Part shown: positions 29,823 through 37,432 of the stretch, piece after piece | Position numbering within the stretch: the stretch's first letter is position 1 | How the letters are laid out: each line of letters opens with the position of its first letter | NCBI GenBank assembly: GCA_964435715.1 | Contig: CAYTAI010000005.1 | Coordinates: forward strand, 10,190-52,418 | Reading direction: 5' to 3' | DNA from: an uncultured Verrucomicrobiota bacterium | Lineage (GTDB): Bacteria; Verrucomicrobiota; Verrucomicrobiia; JAWXBN01 | DNA: 42,229 nucleotides | Made by a program: the position numbers and the translations under genes | The notes under the pieces: generated by a model | Seen by the model: the letters and a program-made list of their open reading frames with translations, nothing else | Database searches by the model: none | What the model was told of the DNA's origin: nothing

Positions 29823-30007
29823 TTCACCCCCACTCTAACCAATCCCCCGCGCAATTTGCCAGCCCCGATTTTTTCCGGCATGCGTTTCATTACACAAGAA
29901 TAACTACAGACAGCATTGTATTACGGGGCAAGACTCAGACAGAACAAGACACACATTTGTGTAGAGCAATAAGCTTGCATGCAGAATGCTTCAACATATT
30001 TGTTCGA

Positions 30008-30724
30008 TTACGAGGTTTCACTGTTTGAACACTCTGTTGCTGATGAGTTTTGCACTACAGGCTGTGAACTAATTAAATAATCCTGTCGCTGAAGATAAGA
30101 TTTGATGTTATACAAAGTTTTGGATAGAATCTCAATAGTTTGTATTTGAGCAAGTTCCAAGTCGGACGGAGAGGCATTTCTCCCAACATCAGCAAACGAT
30201 TTAACTCCGTGGGCAAGATCATTACGCGCATTTTTTACTGTCTGAAGCATCCAGTATTTACCCTCTGGCGCAGCAAAGCCAAAACGATTCGCAGTCGATC
30301 TAATCATCCTTGCATCCAAATTGCCCCCAAAAGTTTCAGTACATTCAAATGTTTCATGAACGATATCCCGCGCAAGCGAGAAAAGCTTTGGGAGCAACTT
30401 GTCTATGTCGCGCCTCTTGAAATTTTTTAAAATCTCCCGACGCAACTCCTCTCGACAGCGATCATAACTTGCCTGCTTTTCTTTTAACTCATCAAAAATA
30501 GCTTCAATTGCATTTCGCATTGTAGATTCGACTAAGTTGTAAAGAAGCAAATAACATGTGGCTTTAAATGTCTTAAGCAACTCCTCATCTTCGTGATTTG
30601 AGCAACCACCAGTATCATCCTTTACTTGCAAAGCAACCTCCTTCTTTGCCAGACGAAGAACGAACCGAAAGAAACCTTCAACTTCTTTTGATCGAGTTTC
30701 AAAATCGATGATTACAGAATTCAT
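30008..30724 (-). CDS. HEPN-domain protein (MAE_28990/MAE_18760-like predicted RNase)
   Basis: 238 aa, all-helical flavour. Rx4H motif R167-N-D-L-A-H172 (KNARNDLAHG, encoded at 30209-30226). YLLLYNLVESTMRNAIEAIF resembles that HEPN family as I remember it. ATGA overlap with the DUF262 gene. Confidence 0.65.
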   Translation of the reverse strand: MNSVIIDFETRSKEVEGFFRFVLRLAKKEVALQVKDDTGGCSNHEDEELLKTFKATCYLLLYNLVESTMRNAIEAIFDELKEKQASYDRCREELRREILKNFKRRDIDKLLPKLFSLARDIVHETFECTETFGGNLDARMIRSTANRFGFAAPEGKYWMLQTVKNARNDLAHGVKSFADVGRNASPSDLELAQIQTIEILSKTLYNIKSYLQRQDYLISSQPVVQNSSATECSNSETS

Positions 30725-31809
30725 GAGACAGTTCCTAGAAGGCGATCACGAACATACTCAATACGAAGCTTAACGCGTGGCTTCGAATTGCTAGAATCCG
30801 ATGTTGTTAATTCGCGAAACTCATCACTCTCTGACCAATCTTCCGTGGAGGGAGGTATCAAATTAGGATTCTCTCGCAATGCCAACGCAACACCCACAGA
30901 AATCGCTTCGTAACGAACACGTTTTGCTGTTCGAAAATTTCGACGACGGAATCCTTTATTAGGAAAATATTTTTCAACGAATTGCAACATGCTGTCATAC
31001 TCTTTCCACATAGCTTTTTCATCGAAACCGTTGTTTTTTTCCTTTACATATAAATCAAGAAATTCTTTTACGCTCTTGTCAAAATCCAAATAACGCTCTG
31101 CATATGCAAAGAATCGGAGAGCAAACTCTTCGCGCTCTCTTCGTTTGATGTATGAAGGGGAAAGAGGCGCGAGCTTATGTAATAACGGATGTGCCGCGCA
31201 TTTTTCAATGAAAGTTACGAATGGTCCACGCATGATTCCACGACGTTGTTCCATATCTCGGAGCGGATCGCTTCCTGTGTTGATTCTCTCAAATAAATCG
31301 CGCCGCGTTTCTTCGTCCGCTTCGTCCGAAAGAGCTATGATTCGAATTGTGGTTCGATTAAACTTTCTTTGTCGAACAAGCGGTAGCTGATCAAATGTAG
31401 GGCCATTTAGTAAAGGCAGTTTTTCAAGACCACCAAGAACCATTCTTCCAGAAGAAAATTCCGTTAGTGTTCGAATACGTTGCGAACCATCCACAATTTC
31501 AAGCCTGCCCTCTTCATCTTCGACCTCCGCCAAAAACAAAAACGGAATTGGTAATCCAATCAACACTGACTCAATAAACTTCGACTTTCTCTTTTCATCC
31601 CATGTATGATCGCGTTGATAATCTGGAATATAAAATTCCGCTTTACTTTCTGCTATATTTTGTTCTTCGCCTTCCCCCATATATTTTGAAACTATAACCT
31701 CAATGGGATATTCGATTATATTGTAATCAACTACTTTCCTATGCTCTTCAATTTGAGCTTCAGCCTCTTCAGTATTGAGTTGAGGCAAGTTAGGTTGTTG
31801 TGCGGGCAT
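30721..31809 (-). CDS. DUF262 (ParB/Srx-fold, GmrSD N-terminal-like) domain protein lacking a DUF1524 nuclease domain
   Basis: 362 aa. IPDYQRDHTWDEKRKSKFIESVLIGLPIPFLFL (the DUF262 'YQR..W' motif), then EIVDGSQRIRTL (the DGQQR-type motif). I recognise no His-Me/HNH motif in the C-terminal helical part. Confidence 0.75.
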   Translation of the reverse strand: MPAQQPNLPQLNTEEAEAQIEEHRKVVDYNIIEYPIEVIVSKYMGEGEEQNIAESKAEFYIPDYQRDHTWDEKRKSKFIESVLIGLPIPFLFLAEVEDEEGRLEIVDGSQRIRTLTEFSSGRMVLGGLEKLPLLNGPTFDQLPLVRQRKFNRTTIRIIALSDEADEETRRDLFERINTGSDPLRDMEQRRGIMRGPFVTFIEKCAAHPLLHKLAPLSPSYIKRREREEFALRFFAYAERYLDFDKSVKEFLDLYVKEKNNGFDEKAMWKEYDSMLQFVEKYFPNKGFRRRNFRTAKRVRYEAISVGVALALRENPNLIPPSTEDWSESDEFRELTTSDSSNSKPRVKLRIEYVRDRLLGTVS

Positions 31810-31811
31810 TG

Positions 31812-32918
31812 TTATCCTTTCAACTTCAGTTGTTCGAGATGTAATTGAATTGTTTTGCCAACCACTTCACCCAATCGAACAGGCACGGCATTGCCTATCA
31901 TTCGTCCGATAGTTTTGAAGCTGAAGTCCTCGCCGTCTCTGACAAATTTGTAATTTTTGGGGAAAGATTGAAGAATCGCACCTTCACGCAGGGAGATGGC
32001 GCGGTTTTGCTCAGGATGACCGAAACGTCCGTTACCATAGCCATAGAATTGGGTGGTAATAGTTGGAGAGGGTTTGTCCCATTCCATGCGCGCATAAACA
32101 CCTGAGTAACTTTTACCTGACTTTTTCTTGTGACACTCGGCAACCAACCTCTCTGGCCAATCGCGCCATGTGCCACCAGGTCGAGAATGGCGAATTCGTC
32201 GGAGATTTAGAGGAGAAAGTGCACTGGTGCGATGCATTGGGTCATGAGGATGAGTTTCTCCGGATTCAAGTGGCGGTAACGAGCGCAAGGCATCGGCAAC
32301 GTTACGATATTTATTAGGTTTATGCGTGGGCGGAATCAATTCAATCGGGCCAAGTCGCGAAGCAATGACCACGACACGGCTACGGTGTTGGGGGATGCCG
32401 TAATCTGGGCAATAAATCACCCTTTGACCAGCATCCTTATTAAAATAAAAACCCTCATTGGTGAGCGTCGCGAGAAAAGAAGCGAAGACAGGGTAGCGTT
32501 GAAGCTCGGGAACGTTCTCCATCGAAACGATATCTGGCTGAAGTTCTCTCACAAGTCGGGAAAAATGGTTGAGCAGCGTCCACTTGGGATCATTCTCGTT
32601 GTCGAGCCCCTGAGTATACTTGGAGAACGTCTGACAAGGAGCACAACCAACCAAAACTTTGATACAACCCACGGGATAGTGCGTGGCAAGCTCGTCTCCA
32701 GGGAGTTCGGTCACGCTTTTTTGAAAAAACTGAGCGGGTTGATTGTTGTGCTCATAGGGAAACTGACAGGCGGGATCAATGTCGTAACCGGCAGCGACTT
32801 CAATTCCGGCATCAAGCAATCCATGTGTTAGGCCGCCAGCACCACAAAAAAGATCGACAGCAACGGCTTTCACCTTGCTAGGTTTGTGCATGAATGATTT
32901 CCCTCGGGCGTATTTCAT
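31812..32918 (-). CDS. DNA (cytosine-5)-methyltransferase
   Basis: 368 aa. Motif I DLFCGAGGL, motif IV GCAPCQTFS (catalytic Cys), motif VI SMENVPEL, motif VIII QHRSRVVVIA, motif IX REGAILQSFP, motif X GNAVPV. Alternative start at ATG 32891. There is a 2-nt spacer to the DUF262 gene. Confidence 0.92.
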   Translation of the reverse strand: MKYARGKSFMHKPSKVKAVAVDLFCGAGGLTHGLLDAGIEVAAGYDIDPACQFPYEHNNQPAQFFQKSVTELPGDELATHYPVGCIKVLVGCAPCQTFSKYTQGLDNENDPKWTLLNHFSRLVRELQPDIVSMENVPELQRYPVFASFLATLTNEGFYFNKDAGQRVIYCPDYGIPQHRSRVVVIASRLGPIELIPPTHKPNKYRNVADALRSLPPLESGETHPHDPMHRTSALSPLNLRRIRHSRPGGTWRDWPERLVAECHKKKSGKSYSGVYARMEWDKPSPTITTQFYGYGNGRFGHPEQNRAISLREGAILQSFPKNYKFVRDGEDFSFKTIGRMIGNAVPVRLGEVVGKTIQLHLEQLKLKG

Positions 32919-33145
32919 AAGTTGTTTTTAAATGGTTATGCAACTCCAAAGCTGTTCTACCGTCAAAGTCCATAGTCATACAACGACTCGGTTTTACATG
33001 AGTGAATAAAAACAGTAAAGTCTGAAGAAACAGCAAAACACCAAACGATTCACTGGGTGCAGGAGTCCATTTTGACATAGCTAAGCTGGGGCGTTGGATA
33101 AAAATTGAACTTGCAAGGCTGGATTCAGGGCGTACGTTATTGCGT

Positions 33146-33388
33146 ATGAAAACGATTTCATCGACATTGGCGCGGACGAACCTCTACAGGGTCATTGATT
33201 CGACACTCGAAGCTCATGAGCCGATCCAGATCACGGGCAAGCGCGGCAATGCCATATTGATTTCCGAAGCGGATTGGAGGGCGATTCAAGAGACTTTACA
33301 TTTGGTCAGTATCCCCGGCATGCGCGATTCGATCCTCGCTGGCATGGCTGAACCAGTCGAGAAGTGCGGCAAGAAGATTGATCTATGA
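33146..33388 (+). CDS. yefM: Phd/YefM-family antitoxin
   Basis: Start at ATG 33146 gives 80 aa. ISSTLARTNLYRVIDSTLEAHEPIQITGKRGNAILISEADWRAIQETLHL is a close fit to YefM. ATGA overlap with the toxin gene. Confidence 0.85.
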   Translation: MKTISSTLARTNLYRVIDSTLEAHEPIQITGKRGNAILISEADWRAIQETLHLVSIPGMRDSILAGMAEPVEKCGKKIDL

Positions 33389-33648
33389 GTTACGAGCTGG
33401 TTTATGCCCGACAAGCCAGGAAGGATGCCAAGAAGCTCAAGGGTACTCCGCTTGCAAAGAGGGCAAAGGAACTGCTTGAGATAATTCAAGAGAATCCATT
33501 TGCCGATCCGCCTCCATTTGAAGTGCTGGTCGGTGATTTGAAGGGGGCATACTCGAGACGGATCAATATTCAGCACAGATTGGTTTACGAGGTTTTTGCT
33601 GATAAAAAAATGGTAAAAGTCCTTCGGCTGTGGACACACTATGAATAA
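33385..33648 (+). CDS. yoeB: Txe/YoeB-family toxin (ribosome-dependent mRNA interferase)
   Basis: 87 aa. ARKDAKKL...NPFADPPPFEVLVGDLKGAYSRRINIQHRLVYEV...VKVLRLWTHYE carries the YoeB hallmarks (YSRRIN..HRLVY, C-terminal W.HY). Confidence 0.88.
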   Translation: MSYELVYARQARKDAKKLKGTPLAKRAKELLEIIQENPFADPPPFEVLVGDLKGAYSRRINIQHRLVYEVFADKKMVKVLRLWTHYE

Positions 33649-33690
33649 GAAACCCAATAAGCCGCATCGTGTGCGCGTCCCGGAAAGAGC

Positions 33691-33709
33691 AAGCGGCAGG
33701 ATGCCGCTT
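33691..33709 (+). terminator. Small GC-rich hairpin downstream of yoeB
   Basis: AAGCGGCA-GGA-TGCCGCTT: an 8-bp stem with a 3-nt loop, 43 nt after the yoeB stop. There is no U-tract, so its function is inferred. Confidence 0.35.
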
Positions 33710-33740
33710 CCACCTTGTGGACAAGTTAGCGGTTGATTTT

Positions 33741-33954
33741 CTCTCTGTGTTCATCTGTTCGAATCTGTAAAATCTTTGGATGGTATGTTTGATCAACCGG
33801 CTGGAAGCATGCTTCTACTTTTGGGAGCATCTTGTGCATGCTCACCAGAAAAAGCGGACGCCTCGGAGATGCGCCCCTACCAAAATCCGTGTTCATCCGT
33901 GTCATTCGCGGTTAAATAATCTCTGTGTTCTCCGTGCCTCCGTGGTTCGATTCC
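33741..33954. repeat. Cluster of degenerate short repeats (CTCTGTGTTC / GTGTTCATC cores) in the non-coding right border of the island
   Basis: CTCTGTGTTC occurs at 33743-33752 and 33921-33930. GTGTTCATC occurs at 33747-33755 and 33890-33898. Between them lie a 12-bp palindrome GAAGCATGCTTC (about 33805-33816) and a GAGCAT...ATGCTC hairpin. Confidence 0.5.
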
Positions 33955-34004
33955 CTTTGCGGAACCTTGCGGGAAATGACTTCTTTTGTTTTCTTTCGTG
34001 CTTT

Positions 34005-34655
34005 TCAGGACGCGCTGAGCCTTGAGACCGCGCGGTCAGCGGTGGCGGCGGTGGCGGAGGCATCGCTGAGTGTCATGCACAGATCTTTGATCAAACCATC
34101 TTTGAGCCCGTAAATCCAACCGTGCAGGGTGAGCTCCTGCCCGCGCATCCACGCATCCTGCACCGAGGTCGTCTCGCTGAGGTTGACGACCTGCTCGATG
34201 ACATTGAGCTCGCAAAGAAGGTTCATCCGCTGCGTCTGCGTCCCGCAATCCGACAGGAGCCGGTGGTGTTTGTGGCGGACGTCATTGATGTGGCGGAGCC
34301 AGTTGTCACTCAAGCCCACGCGGTCACCGCGCCCGACGATGTGAACCCCGCTGCATCCGTAGTGTCCGCAGACGATGATGTGTTTGACCTTGAGCAGGTC
34401 CACGGCAAATTGCACCACCGAGAGGCAATTCAAATCCGAGTGGCACACGACATTGGCGATATTGCGGTGGACGAAAAGTTCGCCCGGCAGCAGTCCGACG
34501 ATTTCATTTGCCGGCACACGGCTGTCGGCGCATCCGATCCAGAGGTATTCGGGCAATTGCTGCCGCGAGAGCTGCTCGAAAAAATCCGGCTGCTCACGGG
34601 TGATGGCCTCCGCCCATTGGCGGTTTTTTTCAAATAGATGATTCAGTCCACTCAT
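34005..34655 (-). CDS. Beta-class carbonic anhydrase
   Basis: 216 aa. PEYLWIGCADSRVPANEI (Zn-ligand Cys plus the Asp/Arg dyad) and IIVCGHYGCSGV (His/Cys Zn ligands) are canonical Can/CynT motifs. Confidence 0.9.
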   Translation of the reverse strand: MSGLNHLFEKNRQWAEAITREQPDFFEQLSRQQLPEYLWIGCADSRVPANEIVGLLPGELFVHRNIANVVCHSDLNCLSVVQFAVDLLKVKHIIVCGHYGCSGVHIVGRGDRVGLSDNWLRHINDVRHKHHRLLSDCGTQTQRMNLLCELNVIEQVVNLSETTSVQDAWMRGQELTLHGWIYGLKDGLIKDLCMTLSDASATAATADRAVSRLSAS

Positions 34656-34827
34656 AAAATTTCCAAGACCGGGTTTGTCGTGTGATGTCCGGAGATGAAT
34701 GAACCGGAAAAAGCAACGGACAAAAAGAAGTTTTTTATCAAGTTTTCGGGAGCTCGGGTTTTCCCTGAAGATTTTTCATTCGTCAACGGGGAGCGACCCG
34801 CTTTATCATTCACTGCAAAATAATCTT

Positions 34828-35613
34828 ATGACGATATTTTATATTAATCCTGAGAATGAACCTGTCGCGCTGGATGAAAAGAATATTCACTCCTTTGTCG
34901 AGCAAGGTCTTTTGCGGGATGAAACTTATGTCTGGACGGAAGGTCTGCCGGACTGGATATTATTCGGGCAATTCAAAGACGAGCATCTCGTTGCTCCGAC
35001 CCGGGATCAGTTTGAGTTTGAAGAAGCCAGTCCGGTCTGGGAAATCCTCAATCACGAGACTTTCCTCATCAAAAAAGCATTGAACACCCCGGAGTACACA
35101 GCCGACTTTGACATTTTCGAGCCGGAGATGGGTGCGCTGATTCTGGAGTGCCGGGAGAGACCGGTGTCCATCAAGGACGCCAAACACAGCGAAGGATTCA
35201 ATATTGTCCTGACCCTGCCCCACAGCGGCCATCAGGTTGCCCGACTCAATGGGAGGTTCCCGCGCACCTTTGGATTGTCGCGCGGCAAAGTCAGTATTTA
35301 TGATGATGAGGATGAGCTCATCGGTGTGCTTAAAAAAGGGAATTGCCGCCCGGATCTGGTGACGCTCCACTCGCCGGACGGGCAAAACAGGCTGGTCTCC
35401 GTCAGGGGTTCACTCAAAGACTGGGATTTTCAGATTGTGGGCGCGGGATTCTCGCCGATGACGACCTCCCGGAATTGGGATGGCGAGGGCAAGGAGCTCA
35501 TCACGGAGGACGGCAATTTCGCCATCGTTTTTCCCTCGACCATGCCGCACAACGACCCTGTCCGCGAGATGACGCTGATCACCATGCTCAGTCTCAATCG
35601 ATTGTTTTTGTAG
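34828..35613 (+). CDS. GYF_2 (DUF4339) domain protein with uncharacterised beta-rich C-terminal domain
   Basis: Start at ATG 34828 gives 261 aa. IFYINPENEPVALDEKNIHSFVEQGLLRDETYVWTEGLPDWILFGQF fits the GYF_2 pattern. The C-terminal part may be tubby/LURP-like, but that is weak recollection only. Confidence 0.5.
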   Translation: MTIFYINPENEPVALDEKNIHSFVEQGLLRDETYVWTEGLPDWILFGQFKDEHLVAPTRDQFEFEEASPVWEILNHETFLIKKALNTPEYTADFDIFEPEMGALILECRERPVSIKDAKHSEGFNIVLTLPHSGHQVARLNGRFPRTFGLSRGKVSIYDDEDELIGVLKKGNCRPDLVTLHSPDGQNRLVSVRGSLKDWDFQIVGAGFSPMTTSRNWDGEGKELITEDGNFAIVFPSTMPHNDPVREMTLITMLSLNRLFL

Positions 35614-36769
35614 TGTTGCGACGGAGCTGCTGCTTGAGTTGTTTTGCCGCCACCGCGTAACCCCCCGAGCCGCCGTCGATAAAATGGATGTGATGCCCGT
35701 CCTTGATGTCCTGGACAAAACACGTCATCAGTGACTCCTCCGACTCGTGTAACCCAAAGCAAATTGCCCCGCCGCGATGCAGCCCGTCCAGAAAGTCCCG
35801 GATCCGGGCGGCTTGTTTTTCCGAACAATCAATGGTCATCCGCAGCATGTCGTCAAATTTCCGGTAGTCGGAATGGGTTCGCATCGAGGCTTTGTAATGG
35901 GCGGTGTCAAAAAGGGGGTTCGGCACCTTGTGCTTGAAAAGCAGCACGGCGGCAAGGATTTCATACAGCCGGTATAAATAGCCGGGCGACCAGCGGGAGG
36001 TGGTGTAACGCTTTTCATCCGTCACGCATTCCCCGGCGGTTTTGTAGGTCATCAGCTCGGTATTCACAGGGTTGGCATGATTGATATCCCCGTCATAGAG
36101 CCCGTTGAGAAAATCGAGGATGTCCTGATAGGTGCGATCCGTATTTTGACCTTGTGCGACGACGAGCAGGGAGAGCACACGCCCGCGTTTATTCGGGATA
36201 TTCTTCCAGCGACAGGAGAGCCCTTTGAGCTCGACAAATCCGGGGGGCAGAGCCGGGCATTGATATTTTTCGCCGCCGGTCTTGATCATTTTTTCGGCGT
36301 GCGTGAGTCCGCCGCCGCGGAAGACGGCGATACATTTTCCCGTTGCCAGCTCGTGTTTGGCGACCTCAATCGGATTCCCCGAGTCCCTTGTTTCGGCGAC
36401 GGAAATCCGCCCGGTCCTCAGGGCGAGTCCAAATTGCTCGGTTGCCAGCCGTTGCAAATTGCCCAGAGTCGCGTCGACAGCATCCCGTTTTTGCGGGGGA
36501 ACGAGCATCGTCGCCCCGTCCCCGCCAAAGACGTAGGGGAAATCCTCCTCCAAAACATTCCTGACCACGGCGATCGAGGCGGCGCCGATGGTATTGACAT
36601 CCTTGTAACGGCCGGACTCTATCGCTTGGGTCGAGCCTTTCACATCGGTGATGTAAACCCACCAATCTGCCGGGATTGTCGCAAAATGACTGTCGGCGGT
36701 GATTTCCCGGAAATCCGAAAAACTTTTGAGATCGTGGTAAAACCGGGATGAGTCCATGACTGGCTGCAA
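35594..36769 (-). CDS. DUF3095-family protein (nucleotide-cyclase-like fold predicted)
   Basis: 391 aa. FYHDLKSFSDFREITADSHFATIPADWWVYITDVKGSTQAIESGRYKDVNTIGAASIAVVRN...FGGDGATMLVP matches DUF3095 as I remember it. Its 3' end overlaps the convergent GYF gene by 20 nt. Confidence 0.6.
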   Translation of the reverse strand: MQPVMDSSRFYHDLKSFSDFREITADSHFATIPADWWVYITDVKGSTQAIESGRYKDVNTIGAASIAVVRNVLEEDFPYVFGGDGATMLVPPQKRDAVDATLGNLQRLATEQFGLALRTGRISVAETRDSGNPIEVAKHELATGKCIAVFRGGGLTHAEKMIKTGGEKYQCPALPPGFVELKGLSCRWKNIPNKRGRVLSLLVVAQGQNTDRTYQDILDFLNGLYDGDINHANPVNTELMTYKTAGECVTDEKRYTTSRWSPGYLYRLYEILAAVLLFKHKVPNPLFDTAHYKASMRTHSDYRKFDDMLRMTIDCSEKQAARIRDFLDGLHRGGAICFGLHESEESLMTCFVQDIKDGHHIHFIDGGSGGYAVAAKQLKQQLRRNTTKTID

Positions 36770-36845
36770 CCTATCACAGTCCCCCGGGATTACAAAAAAT
36801 TTCTGCTTCGCTTGGGGGCGATTTTTCGGTTAGGGTGGGCGGGTT

Positions 36846-37406
36846 GTGAAAAATATTGTTCTCATCGGATTCATGGGTTCGGGAAAATCCACGGTCGGAC
36901 GCCGGGTCGCGCAGCGCTTGGGCTGGGATTTTATTGACACGGATCATTGGATCGAGGCCCGGGAGGGAATGCCTGTGAGCAAAATTTTTGAAACGAAAGG
37001 GGAGTCCGGTTTCCGCGATTTGGAGACCCGGGTGCTGGCTGAGGCTCTGGCGCATCCCCACGCGGTCGTGTCCACCGGGGGCGGGGCAATCTTGAACCCG
37101 GACAATTTGCGCGCGATTCTGGAGCGGAGCCATGCGGTGTGCCTGTGGATGACACCCGAGGAAGCCTACGCGCGAACCCGGCATCACACGCACCGCCCGC
37201 TCTTGCAGACGGCTGATCCCCTGGCGCGCATCCGCGAGATCATGGAGCAACGCGAGCCGCTCTATCGCCAAGCCCATTACATTATTGATACGACAGGCCG
37301 CGGAATCCCCGACATCTGTGAGTCCATCTTGCGTTACGTCCAGCATCGTGATACGGAGAATGCGGCGACACCGGAGCCTTTGCCCGCGCCGGACAAAAAC
37401 GGATAA
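36846..37406 (+). CDS. aroK: Shikimate kinase
   Basis: 186 aa, GTG start. Walker A is LIGFMGSGKSTVGR. Then DTD, FRDLE and STGGGA motifs. Confidence 0.9.
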   Translation: MKNIVLIGFMGSGKSTVGRRVAQRLGWDFIDTDHWIEAREGMPVSKIFETKGESGFRDLETRVLAEALAHPHAVVSTGGGAILNPDNLRAILERSHAVCLWMTPEEAYARTRHHTHRPLLQTADPLARIREIMEQREPLYRQAHYIIDTTGRGIPDICESILRYVQHRDTENAATPEPLPAPDKNG

Positions 37407-37432
37407 CTTTTTTTAAAAACAGAATACAAGCC

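Larger units (their letters stand above)
29880..34000. other. Low-G+C island (putatively horizontally acquired), no integrase or transposase seen
   Basis: Sampled 60-nt lines inside are 32-47% G+C, against about 55-65% in the flanks. There is no exact GCAAWTTGC copy between 29859 and 34405. Cargo is the MTase-DUF262-HEPN operon plus yefM-yoeB. The borders are approximate. Confidence 0.55.

Noticed and set aside
28905-29903. 332-aa plus-strand ORF antisense to rmuC.
   Set aside because: It is a shadow ORF opposite the Ala/Gln/Glu coiled-coil region of a confidently identified rmuC, and it has no recognisable domain.
33941-33954. GGTTCGATTCC, a T-loop-like string that could be a tRNA 3' fragment marking an att site at the island border.
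   Set aside because: The flanking bases cannot form a 5-bp T-stem (CGTGG versus CCCTT). No acceptor-stem remnant follows, and no intact tRNA gene is present at the other border.
29880-34004. Direct repeats (attL/attR) flanking the low-G+C island.
   Set aside because: By eye, the only shared string between the two borders is a 7-mer (ATGCTTC, at about 29986 and 33809), which is not significant. This needs a computational repeat search.
33780-34025. 81-aa ORF in the island's right border.
   Set aside because: It is composed of translated short repeats (…IRVHPCHSRLNNLCVLRASVVRF…), has no plausible start context, and overlaps the carbonic anhydrase gene's 3' end. I treat it as a non-coding repeat region.
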